DNA from: an uncultured bacterium
Lineage (GTDB): Bacteria; Armatimonadota; Abditibacteriia; Abditibacteriales; Abditibacteriaceae
NCBI GenBank assembly: GCA_963843795.1
Contig: CAWJLW010000006.1
Location: 372,001-436,000 of the forward strand
Length of the DNA: 64,000 bases
Reading direction: 5' to 3'
In this document: in pieces, positions 21,066-31,106 of the stretch
Layout: every line of letters starts with the position of its first letter
Numbering within the stretch: position 1 is the first letter of the stretch
The notes under the pieces: model-generated
What the model saw: only the letters and a program-made list of their open reading frames with translations
What the model was told of the DNA's origin: nothing
Databases searched by the model: none
Program-made: the position numbers and the translations under genes

Positions 21066-23061
21066 TTAGCTGCGGTTGTAACTATCCACATCGAGTGGTC
21101 GATAGCCCACGACCGCAGTTTGCGTGTAACGACTGCCATCGAACCAACCCGAACGCACGCGAATCGAAGCCCCACGAATTTCGGTGATGGCGATAATTTT
21201 GGCATTGGTCGTATTGCCGCCGTTAGATAATGAAGCACCGATGCTGCGACCCTGATTATCGCGCAAATAAGCGATTGAAACTTTGGCGCAGGGCTGTTTC
21301 TGTTCCATTCAAATAATAGTCACCATTGAAAAGTGCGGGCACGACCGCCGGACGATCTTGCACATCGGCTTCAATCGGAATTGGCACATCACGCATTGTA
21401 ATCGGCGGGTTCGAGCCTTCTTGGTAAACGTAGCTGGCCGTTATGCTTTTGCCCGCTTCGCTGGCGTGAAAAAAGAGCGGCTTTTCCGCCAGAGTTGTGG
21501 CGCCAGCCTTGTAAAAATATTCGCGCCACGGTTCGCGTGGGAATGAATTCGGAGCAGTGCCTTCGGTGTAAGGCAAATAAAAGCGCGCTGCGATGGCTGG
21601 TTGCTGAACCCAACCTTCGGCGTTGCGATAAACCACGCGCGCCGAGGGCGAAACCAGATCATTGACATCGAAGAAGACCTGACCACTTTTAGGACGCACC
21701 GCGATGGCACGATTGGCTGTGGTCGCACCGCTCATGCTAGCGGTCGCAGTAGGATATTTGTCCTGGCTCCAATCGTTGACCGCAGGAGCAGCCGGCGCGC
21801 CCGCCGGCGTGCTGCCACGCAGCAACGTGTAAAGTTGTGATGGGCGATTGGTCAGAGTGGCAGCATTACTCAACGGCTCGTCGGCAACGTAACGCGTCGG
21901 TAAAACCAGTTGGCGCGGAGCAACCGGAGTAGGAGTCACACCTTGATCAGAGAAATAGGTCTGGTCTGCCTCACTGATTCGCGTGGTGAGGTTATTGTCG
22001 GTCACGATAAAACGCCAGTCGGGTACCGTGTAATCGACGCTCACCAATTGTCCGGCACGTTGCCACTGCCCACCAAACGACCTACATAAGGATCATAAGC
22101 AGCATTACCTTGTTGCGCATTCGTTGCGGCTGCACTGCTGTAAAACCAGATTTTTACCGGGCCAGGGACGACTGCATTGCCAGCTACGAGCGATTGCGCC
22201 ACTTTGCCTGCTGTTGCACCTGCGCCTGTCCAACGCGAGTCTGAATTGGTGGGAAAAATTTTCGGCTCGTCTTGCACACCATTTGTGTAACTGCTGTTTA
22301 TCCAGTTATATGAAACGTAAAAAGTTACATCTTCGCGGTTGTTGGTGGTCTTTCCGGCAGTTTGGTAATTGGTCGAGTCCGTATTCGGCGGACGACTGAT
22401 GTTGGTGACAGGCAAGGTTGTGTCATTAAAAGCCACACCATTCAAACGAGCGTTGGTGAAGTCTAACGCTCCGTTAATGTCAATCGTCACACCTTCTACT
22501 TCGCGGCGAACTTTGATAACTGGATTAAGAGCAGGATTGAAGGCTCCTGCATCTGCAAAAAGATAGGGGAAATTTAGCACAACTTCGCCAGTGGCTGAAA
22601 CGCGCTGCATTTCACCGTCGATACGACGAAAATGGCCCATCGCCGATTGGTTAAGCGAAGAGTTTTGCGACGTCGAGATCGTCGGCTTCGGGCGCGGCCT
22701 GAGCCAACGACAGGTTATCGTCGGTATTGGTGCCGAAAACCGAGCCGGGAAAATCGCTCCACGCTGCAGGGCTGGTGGTCAAATTGCTGTTGGTATCGAA
22801 AAGCGCGTAGGGAATGCTGCGCGGTTGGGCGAGGAGACGGGCTTGTGTGCTTTGAGCCATGCGCTGACCGATAGCACGCTGCTCGGAATTTTGCACGACA
22901 CCTAAAGCGCCCGGAAAAATGCGCACGATGGCTAAAGCGCCGAAGACGAAAATCGCCATCGCAATCGCCACTTCAATCAGCGAAAAGCCGCCGCGACGCC
23001 CGGCAAGTACTTGCCGACGCAAAGAAGTTTGAGGGTTGCATTGAATTGTCAATCGTTTCAT
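21066..23061 (-). CDS. Large prepilin-type protein (PilV-like), split by about 3 probable sequencing frameshifts
   Basis: RGG|FSLIEVAIAMAIF; fragments 22651-23118, 22041-22640, 21256-22047 and 21066-21308 abut or overlap, with similar composition. Confidence 0.65.
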
Positions 23062-23243
23062 AGCTTTTCCATTGGCTGCGCTATCTTGTGCTCGTAAGTC
23101 AACTCTTGGCACACGCAAATTCTATCCGCAAGCATTCATTACAATAATTGCGCCAGCTTATCAGACAGCGCATCGGTTCGCTTCGTTCCCGTCGCACTAT
23201 AAGCGCAACCTTTTCTTATGCGCATAAAGGTGAATGTCGAAAA

Positions 23244-23274
23244 AGCGCGGGGCGCTATCGCATCCCCGCGCTTC
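23244..23274 (-). terminator. Intrinsic terminator after the DUF1559-like pilin gene
   Basis: aagcgcgggg...ccccgcgctt hairpin followed by a U-run on the minus strand. Confidence 0.6.
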
Positions 23275-23302
23275 TGGCCAGCTTCCGATTTGTGGCCCGT
23301 TT

Positions 23303-24274
23303 TTATTTGCCGCGCTGTGTCGCCCACGGCTTGGTCGGGTCAGATTCCCACGTCGATACATCAACGGTATCTGCCGCACCGCTCAAACGCAAAACGACGT
23401 CTTTGCTGTTGGTTCTGGCTTCGGGTGTGGTGGTAGTCGCATACAACTGCTGCGGCTGGGCCAGGCTGCTCGAAGTTGGAACGCGGTGATAAACGCAGTG
23501 CGTGATGATGGTGCTTTCGGGAGCGTTACGGTTGGCCATGCGCGGAATTTTGCGCGCATCGACTGGGTTGTTAGTTGCATCGTAGGGCTGCGTTGGGTCG
23601 CGCAGGAAAGTGCGGTCGGTGCCGGCTGTAGTTCCAGTTCCGCCGGTAAGTTCCGCGATGTAGGTTGCTGGCAAGCAGTTGGTGGCATCGTTACCGGTAC
23701 CAGTCGCACAGGCTTCGGTTTGCGTGTAAATGAAACCGGCATCGGCGCCGCTGCCTTTGTAACCCCAGAAATTCCACACATAACGGCCCGCATCGGCCGC
23801 CAAAGCTGGCCCAACGGCCAGTTCGGTCGATACGTCGCCATAAGAACCGCGCGGGCCGGTACTTGTGGTGTCGTCATCGGGACACAGCAGTTTGGGTGAT
23901 TTCAGATAGCCGGTGCCACGAGGGTTTGGACACGTTTTGGCGGTTGTGTCGCAGGGCACATTATTGATGTTGGCTGTGGTGCCGGTGATGTTGAGCTTGT
24001 CGTCTTGCGGCAGTAAAAACGCCAGGCTGGACGGATATTTCTTCTCGTCTTGATAATACAACTTCACTGCGACACCAATTTGCTGAAGGTTGGAAGCGCA
24101 ATTGACCTGCTTGGAGTTTTCGCGCGCCGAGTTAAAAACCGGCAACAAAATCGCGGCCAAAATCGCGATGATGGCCAGCACCACCAAAATTTCTACCAAA
24201 GTGAAACCGCCGCGCGCTTGAAAGCGCCGCGCCTGCGTCCTGCGCGCGTCGCCGTGTGAAATTTGCTTGTTCAT
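23303..24274 (-). CDS. Prepilin-type/DUF1559-like protein
   Basis: [30 protein letters not shown]...CASNLQQIG; GAGGAG RBS. Confidence 0.85.
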   Translation of the reverse strand: MNKQISHGDARRTQARRFQARGGFTLVEILVVLAIIAILAAILLPVFNSARENSKQVNCASNLQQIGVAVKLYYQDEKKYPSSLAFLLPQDDKLNITGTTANINNVPCDTTAKTCPNPRGTGYLKSPKLLCPDDDTTSTGPRGSYGDVSTELAVGPALAADAGRYVWNFWGYKGSGADAGFIYTQTEACATGTGNDATNCLPATYIAELTGGTGTTAGTDRTFLRDPTQPYDATNNPVDARKIPRMANRNAPESTIITHCVYHRVPTSSSLAQPQQLYATTTTPEARTNSKDVVLRLSGAADTVDVSTWESDPTKPWATQRGK

Positions 24275-24477
24275 ATTCCGCTCCTCAAATTGTGCTTCGA
24301 GAATTCTAAAAGAACTCCAAGAGAACTTCCAACTTTTCAATTCGCCACTTCAAATTTAATAATGAATACGACTGCTCGACTTTTTGAGTCTATTGTAACA
24401 AATGGATTATACCCATTCTGCCACATTTCTGAACGTAATGTCACATTCTGGCAGCCTCTTAACACGTTAACGCGCGA

Positions 24478-25579
24478 TTAACGCACAAAAGGCGCACCGT
24501 CATTGTACATCAGTGTGCTATCGAAACCGACCCATTGTGCGTAAGCCGCGTTAATTTGCGCGCCGTATAACAAGGCAATGACGGCACCAATAGCCAACAT
24601 CGGGCCAAAAGGCATGGCGCGCCGGAACGCACGTCGGCTCAAACCCGCTGCCAATTTGTTCCAATATTGGGCGCGTTCGACCAGAAATTCCCGATTGAAA
24701 ACTTCGGTGTTCACAGCTTCTCCCGAAATCGCTTCCGTTGCTAATTCGTTCTCGGTTGCCACGCCGTTTTCGTTATTAATTACAACTGGCGTTTGCGAGC
24801 GTTGCAAGTAACTTGCGCGCGCGATTTTTGGCCCAGCGGTGCGCGCGAATCGCGCGTGGAATCTGAATGATCACGCCAATCGACGCGCCGAAGACAACCG
24901 AAGTAAAGGCGAATGTCCACAGCGTCGCGTTCCAGCCCAAATTCGCGGCGATAGCGCCGACCAAAATCACATCGCCAAACCCCAGCGCTTCGCGTCCGTA
25001 CCAGCGCGAAAAACCTTCGCGCAACACCCACAAAACCGCGCTCACTACAAACATCGCCCACAGCGACGAGGGTAGGGGCGCGGGCAAAAGCGCGTGACCG
25101 GGCCACAAACCGCCCAAAGTGCCGCTGGCCTGACCGTGATAAACGAGCCATGCATCGCGCGCAATTCCGGTAAAACCCAGCACAAAAACCGCTTCGAGCG
25201 GAATCAAGCGCGTATCGTAATCGACCCAGAACACGACGACCAGAGTCGCCATGAAAATTAAGCCTTGCAGCAACTTGCCCCAATCGCCGACCCACAAGTT
25301 GCTTTGTGCATCGAAGCCCAGCGGCCCGGCCCAGATTCCGGCCAGCACGAACAAAATCCCGGTCAGAAATTCAATGCCGAAGTAGCGCCACGAAATCGGT
25401 GCGCGGCAGTAACGACAGCGCGCGCCCAGAAAAACCTGCGACCACAGCGGTACCAAATCGAGTGGCTGTAAACGCGTCTGGCAGCGCGGGCAGTGCGATG
25501 GCGGAAAGGCCACGCTCTGGCCCGCAGGCAGGCGATAAATGCAAACGTTAAGAAACGAACCAATGAGCGTACCAAGCAC
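24478..25579 (-). CDS. pilD: Prepilin peptidase/N-methyltransferase (A24), frameshift at ~24810
   Basis: GSFLNVCIYRLP, SHCPRC...RCRYC, WVDYD, GFGDV; C-terminal MPFGPML in the next frame; joins as ARKYLQRS if one A is removed. Confidence 0.88.
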
Positions 25580-25644
25580 GAAAAGAGAAAAAAGAGGAAC
25601 ACGATGAGAGAATGGGTGCGAAAATCAACTGATAAGTTGCTGGC

Positions 25645-25680
25645 AAAATGGCCCCTGCAAGTACTTGCAGGGGCCATTTT
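25645..25680. terminator. 36-bp perfect palindrome centred on the core motif, downstream of pilC
   Basis: aaaatggcccct-gcaagtacttgc-aggggccatttt. Confidence 0.6.
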
Positions 25681-25724
25681 CTGCTGAATTTTGGGTTGAA
25701 CGCCGAGCAATTACACGCCGAAAA

Positions 25725-26964
25725 TTAATCGCTGCCGCCCGAAAGCGAGGAGACAATTTGAATCAGCGGCATGAACATCGCGATAACGATGAAGCCGACC
25801 ACGACGCCCAAAACTACGATCATCAACGGTTCCAAAGCCGCCGCGAGCGATTGCAATTGCGTCTCGACTTCCGATTCGTAAAAGTCGGCGACTTTGGCTA
25901 ACATGGCGTCCAGCGAGCCGGTTTCTTCGCCAATTGAAATCATCTGAATCACCATCGGCGGGAACAAGCCGCTTTTTTCCAGCGGTTCGCCAATCGGGTC
26001 GCCTTCGCGGATGCGGGCGCGCGCTTTCATGATGACATCGGTGAAAGTTTCGTTGTCGATGGCGTGCGCCACGGTTTCCATCGCCTGCAAAATCGGCACG
26101 CCCGAAGTGAGCAGCGTGCCCAACGTGCGCGTAGAAGCGCGCAACCGCGATGTTGTGCGAAAGTTTGCCGAAGATCGGCACTTTCATTTTGTATTTGTCA
26201 TAGACGCGCTTGCCGAATTTGGTTGACTTGAATTTCTTCCACGCGGCCATGCCACCAAAGCCGCCGCCGAGCAGAATGATTGCGCCCTGCTTGGAAGTCG
26301 TGAAGTTGGAAATGTTGATCAGAATCAAGCGTAATCGACCGGCATTTCGATCTTGAAATCTTTGAAGATTTCAATGAACTTGGGCACGATGAAAACCACC
26401 AAGCCGGTCACGATAATGAACGCGACCACCATAACCAAAACCGGATAGGTCATGGCGGCTTTGATTTTCTGGCGCAGCTTCAAGTCGGCTTCCAAGAATT
26501 GCGCCAATCTGTCCAGCGTTTCGTCCAACACACCGCCGACTTCACCGGCGCGCACCAGACCGATAAACAAGTTGCTGAAAATGTTCGAGTGGTGCATCAT
26601 CGCGCGCGATAAGGTTTCGCCCGCCTCGACGCGGTTCTGCACGTCGATGATGGTTTCTTTCAAACGCGGGTTTTCGGTTTGAATCGCCAAAACCGACATC
26701 GCAGCGCACCAGAGAAACGCCCGCGTTAATCATCGTCGCGAACTGGCGACAAAAGATCGACAGATGGTTGAGCTTGACCTTTTTGAAGGCCATCAGCGGG
26801 TTTTTCTTTTTAGATTTACCCGCCGCGTTTTCGTCCGTGACCTGAGTCACCCAATAGCCCGAATCCTGCAGCTTTTTGGTGAGCATTTTTTCGTTGTTGG
26901 CCTCGGCGCGGCCGCGATGAATCTTGCCCGCTTTGTCTTTGGCCACGTAAGCGTATGTCGGCAT
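25725..26964 (-). CDS. pilC: Type IV pilus platform protein PilC/GspF, split by about 3 frameshifts
   Basis: MPTYAYVA, FCRQFATMINAGV, AGEVGGVLDETL, AMTYP, TLLTSGVPIL, IGEETGSLD, ALEPLMI. Confidence 0.9.
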
Positions 26965-27087
26965 CGTGTTCCTCCCAATTCAGAATTTCGCGCTCAACAG
27001 CGCAAAAGCAATCAAATTATGCCACAACGGCCCCGTAAGTACTTGCAAAACCTTTTGCAAGTACTTGCGGGGCGCTGGGTGCGGCTT

Positions 27088-28404
27088 TTAACGGCTGCCA
27101 GCGCCGCCCGCTTGTCCGCCCGAAATCATCACTTCAAGTTCGGCGGCGTTATGCGAGCGCGCGACGGCGTTATCGTAGGAAATTGTGCCTGCTAAGAATA
27201 AATCACGCAAGGCTTGATCCATCGTCTGCATTCCGATTCCGTTTTGCGTCTGGATAATCGACACCATTTGGTGCGCTTTGGCCTCGCGAATCAGGTTGCG
27301 AATCGCCGAGTTAGCGATCATGATTTCAATCGCCGCCACGCGCCCGCCATTCTCCGAAGGCAGCAACTGCTGCGAGACAATCGCCACAATCGAGTTCGAT
27401 AACTGCGTGCGCACCTGTTCTTGTTGTTCGGGCGGAAAGACGCCAACTACGCGGTCAACCGATTCTGCCGCCGAGTTGGTGTGCAACGTTCCAAAAACCA
27501 AGTGACCGGTTTCCGCAGCGGTAATCGCGAGGTGAATGGTTTCCAAATCGCGCATTTCGCCGACCAGAATGACGTCCGGGTCTTCGCGCAGCGCCGCGCG
27601 CAGAGCATTGGCGAAACTTTTGGTGTCGGTTCCCACTTCGCGCTGATTGACAACGCAATGATTGTGCGTGTGAACAAATTCAACCGGGTCTTCGATGGTC
27701 AGAATATGACCGTCGTGGCGACCGTTGATGTAGTTGATAATGGCCGCTAGAGTCGTCGATTTGCCGGAACCGGTCGGGCCGGTGACCAAAAATAAACCGC
27801 GCGGACGGTTGGCCAGGTCGATAATTGCCTGTGGAAGGTTCAAATCTTCCGGCATCGGAATTTTGGACGGAATAACGCGCAGAGCGGCGGCGACGTTGCC
27901 CTTGTCGCGATATGCATTGACACGAAAACGCGCGACGTGCTGCACGGAATAAGCGAAGTCGAGTTCGAGATCGTTTTCAAAGCGCTGAATTTGTTCGTCG
28001 GTGATGACGTCATAAATCATGCTTTGTACGTGCATCGGCTTCATTTCTTCGTATTCTTCCAGCTCCTCGATTTGGCCGTGCAAGCGAATACAAGGCTTGC
28101 GCCCGACCGCGAGATGCAAATCGGAAGCGTCTTTTTCAATAACGCGCGTACACAACTCATCGATGTGAACCTCATCCAAAGATTTCAGTTCAACCGGAAC
28201 TTCGGGTTCGACTTCGGGTTCAGCTTCGGGTTCGGGCATATGAAAGCCGTTTCCGTTGCCATGCGGCGGAGGATACTGTCCCGGACGAGCCATGCCGGGC
28301 ACATTTTGGCCGGGCAACGGGGGACGTGCCATGCCGGGCACGTTCGAGCCGGGAGCCTGACCCGGAACGCTGGGACGTCCAATTGCATTGGGATTTTGTG
28401 CCAT
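27088..28404 (-). CDS. pilT: Type IV pilus retraction ATPase PilT with Pro-rich N-terminal extension
   Basis: ASDLHL, GPTGSGKST, TIEDPVE, ALREDPDVILVGEMRD, AETGHLVFGTLHT, AIRNLIRE. Confidence 0.95.
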   Translation of the reverse strand: MAQNPNAIGRPSVPGQAPGSNVPGMARPPLPGQNVPGMARPGQYPPPHGNGNGFHMPEPEAEPEVEPEVPVELKSLDEVHIDELCTRVIEKDASDLHLAVGRKPCIRLHGQIEELEEYEEMKPMHVQSMIYDVITDEQIQRFENDLELDFAYSVQHVARFRVNAYRDKGNVAAALRVIPSKIPMPEDLNLPQAIIDLANRPRGLFLVTGPTGSGKSTTLAAIINYINGRHDGHILTIEDPVEFVHTHNHCVVNQREVGTDTKSFANALRAALREDPDVILVGEMRDLETIHLAITAAETGHLVFGTLHTNSAAESVDRVVGVFPPEQQEQVRTQLSNSIVAIVSQQLLPSENGGRVAAIEIMIANSAIRNLIREAKAHQMVSIIQTQNGIGMQTMDQALRDLFLAGTISYDNAVARSHNAAELEVMISGGQAGGAGSR

Positions 28405-28425
28405 AAAGAGGTTTCCTTTTCGACG

Positions 28426-28514
28426 CGCTGTCTCGCGCTTTACACGCTGTCTCGCGCTTTACACGCTGTCTCGCGCTTTACACGCTGTCTCGCGCTTTAC
28501 ACGCTGTCTCGCGC
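28426..28514. repeat. 19-bp tandem repeat (CGCTGTCTCGCGCTTTACA) x4.7
   Basis: Four identical units plus a 13-bp partial unit, about 20 bp upstream of the pilT start. Confidence 0.95.
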
Positions 28515-28650
28515 CAGCTGTCTGCGCAATTGATCTGATTATTCGCCCTGCAAGTACTTGCGGTCCATACTTGCCGCGCAACAATTGACAATGTTGCCAA
28601 TTGCGACGTTTTCGGTTCGGTGCGCGCTGCCAACTTTTCCTGAAGCGGTT

Positions 28651-30501
28651 TCAGTGGCCGCCGGTAAACACAACGCGCATCACTTCTTCGACGGTCGTCA
28701 TGCCATCCAAACATTTGCGGAAGCCATCTTCCTGCAACGTTGTCATGCCGTTCGAGCGCGCGGCTTCTTTCAATTCAGACAAGGGCGCACGACGCACGAT
28801 CATTTCAGCGATTTCGTCGTTGATCGTCATCAATTCGTAAACGCCCATGCGGCCTTTGAAGCCGGTTTGTTTGCAATTGTTGCAGCCGCGCCCGCGCCAG
28901 AATTTGAGTTCCGGTTCTTTGTCGATATCATGTCCAAAGCGCAACACGAGTTCGCGCGGCGGTCGGTATTCTTCTTTGCAGTTGGCACAGATGCGGCGCG
29001 TCAAGCGTTGCGCCAGAGCGCCCACCATCGAGGCCGAAATCAAAAACGGTTCCACGCCCATGTCGGCCAAACGTGTCGCGGTCGAAGGCGCATCGTTGGT
29101 GTGAACGGTCGAGAGAACTAAGTGACCTGTGAGAGCGGCCTGCACCACGATTTCGGCAGTTTCTAAGTCTCGAGTTTCTCCCACCATGATAATGTCAGGG
29201 TCTTGGCGCAAAAAGGCGCGCAGGGCAGTCGCGAAGGTCAAACCGGCTTTGCGGTTGACGTGGACCTGACTCAAACCCGGCAGCTGATATTCGACCGGGT
29301 CCTCAACCGTCATGATATTTTTTTCGACCGTGTTGATAATGTTGATGACAGAATATAAGGTTGTGGTTTTGCCCGAACCGGTCGGTCCGCACACCATCAT
29401 CATGCCGTTGGGCTGGTTACAAATATCGAGCAGGGCAACTTGAGTTTCGGGATACAAACCCAACTTGTCCATACCGATCATCACCGAGCTTTTGTCGAGA
29501 ATTCGCATGACGACTTTTTCGCCATGCGCGGTCGGACAACTGTTGACGCGCATATCGAATTCTTTGTCTTGCAGCTTCAAACGAATGCGTCCATCTTGGG
29601 GGATGCGGCGTTCGGCGATGTTCATATCGGCCATGATTTTTACGCGCGAAACCAGCGGGCCAAGGATGTGCGGCGGGATTTTCATTTGCTCGTGCAATAC
29701 GCCGTCGATACGATAGCGGATACGCACGCCTTTTTGCTGCGGCTCGATGTGAATATCGCTCGCGCCGTCTTTGATGGCATACATCAAAATCGTGTTGACA
29801 ATGCGGATAATGGGTGCTTCGTCGGCGTCCTGAGCATCTTTGGCCGTGCTTTCGCCGGTGGCAGCGTTGGCCGCTGCGGTCAGGTTGGCAACGCCATCTT
29901 CGACCACAACTTTTTCTTCGCCGGTCTTTTTGCCGGTCATATCAGTCACAGGCGCCAGTTCTTCCAGCATTCCAGTGATCATATCGTCGTAGTTGGCGCT
30001 GCTGGCGGCTTCGGGCGAAAGTTCGTCGCCATCGAGCAGGCCAGCGTCACTACCACCATTTGAGCGGAGCTTTTCGACTTGCTTGGGTGGTGAAAAAACG
30101 GCACGGATTTGCAAATTGGTGCGCTGTCCCATTTCGTCGATAGCGAAGAGGTCTTTGGGGTTGGCCATTGCAACGGTCAGAGTTTTTCCGTCCGAACGCA
30201 CCGGCACAGCTTTGTAGCGGTCTTGCATATCGCCCGGCAGTAAGTTGAGCGCCTGGGGATCGGGCTTGACTTTGTTTAAATCGAGAAACGAAACGCCCAT
30301 CATCTGCGCATGAGCTTCCCAGACATCGCTTTCATCGACGCCCATATCGATTAAAACCGTTTCAATCGGGTCGGTCGAAGCTTTTTTCTGCTCCATCGCC
30401 TCACGCGCTTGCTCACGCGTGATTTTGCGGCTTTCACCCAGAATCTGAATCAAACTTTTGCGCTCGTTGGGCGCGCTGTTACCATTTGCAGAAAGTGCCA
30501 T
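28651..30501 (-). CDS. pilB: Type IV pilus assembly ATPase PilB/GspE
   Basis: ASDIHIEP, RIPQDGRI, GPTGSGKTTT, LRQDPDIIMVGETRD, HTNDA, CANC...CNNC zinc motif. Confidence 0.95.
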   Translation of the reverse strand: MALSANGNSAPNERKSLIQILGESRKITREQAREAMEQKKASTDPIETVLIDMGVDESDVWEAHAQMMGVSFLDLNKVKPDPQALNLLPGDMQDRYKAVPVRSDGKTLTVAMANPKDLFAIDEMGQRTNLQIRAVFSPPKQVEKLRSNGGSDAGLLDGDELSPEAASSANYDDMITGMLEELAPVTDMTGKKTGEEKVVVEDGVANLTAAANAATGESTAKDAQDADEAPIIRIVNTILMYAIKDGASDIHIEPQQKGVRIRYRIDGVLHEQMKIPPHILGPLVSRVKIMADMNIAERRIPQDGRIRLKLQDKEFDMRVNSCPTAHGEKVVMRILDKSSVMIGMDKLGLYPETQVALLDICNQPNGMMMVCGPTGSGKTTTLYSVINIINTVEKNIMTVEDPVEYQLPGLSQVHVNRKAGLTFATALRAFLRQDPDIIMVGETRDLETAEIVVQAALTGHLVLSTVHTNDAPSTATRLADMGVEPFLISASMVGALAQRLTRRICANCKEEYRPPRELVLRFGHDIDKEPELKFWRGRGCNNCKQTGFKGRMGVYELMTINDEIAEMIVRRAPLSELKEAARSNGMTTLQEDGFRKCLDGMTTVEEVMRVVFTGGH

Positions 30502-31106
30502 TTCCCACCTCGCGTCTCCGGGACGCAACTCGTTTAGTGCTTTTGTCCGCTTCTTTACAGCGCCATAAGCGCTGCAAGTACTTGCAGCGACGCGGCGCAA
30601 AGAAAAACCAAAATGAATGAGTAAATTTTATGACAGATGTGACCGGTAGGGCAAATAATCGCCAACCGGCAGGAGAATTTTGACTTCGCGTTGAGAGCGC
30701 GATCTCTTATCCGCTCATGTGCACAAGTTACATGACACGTTGAGCTGTCAGATGCAAGCGAGTTTACATCATCAGTGCAGCCATTTCGATGCAACTCTGG
30801 CTTCCATCAAATTTCGAATTTATTTTCTACTACGATCCGTTTGCTTACTCCTTAGCTAAATGGCGACTAATCATGTGTTAAAACGAGGACAAATCGGCAT
30901 CCGCTATCATTATATGGCATAAGTCCTTACGGTTGTTCGAGAGTGTTCCCCTCGTGCGCGGGCGCAGCATGGGCGATAATCGCGTAGAATTAAACGCGAG
31001 CCGTCACGAACCCTTGGGTTCAATAGGTCTCAATAATTTTTCAGCATTTCATCACAGCACTGGTTGCCCTCAGGAGTTGCCACCGTCGTTGTCACAGGAG
31101 TTTTCG

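Noticed and set aside
28426..28514. 19-bp repeats as a CRISPR array
   Set aside because: Units are directly adjacent with no spacers, and there are no cas genes
30600..31100. Riboswitch (e.g. c-di-GMP) in the pilB-ftsK divergent spacer
   Set aside because: No recognisable consensus found by eye; an Rfam scan would be needed
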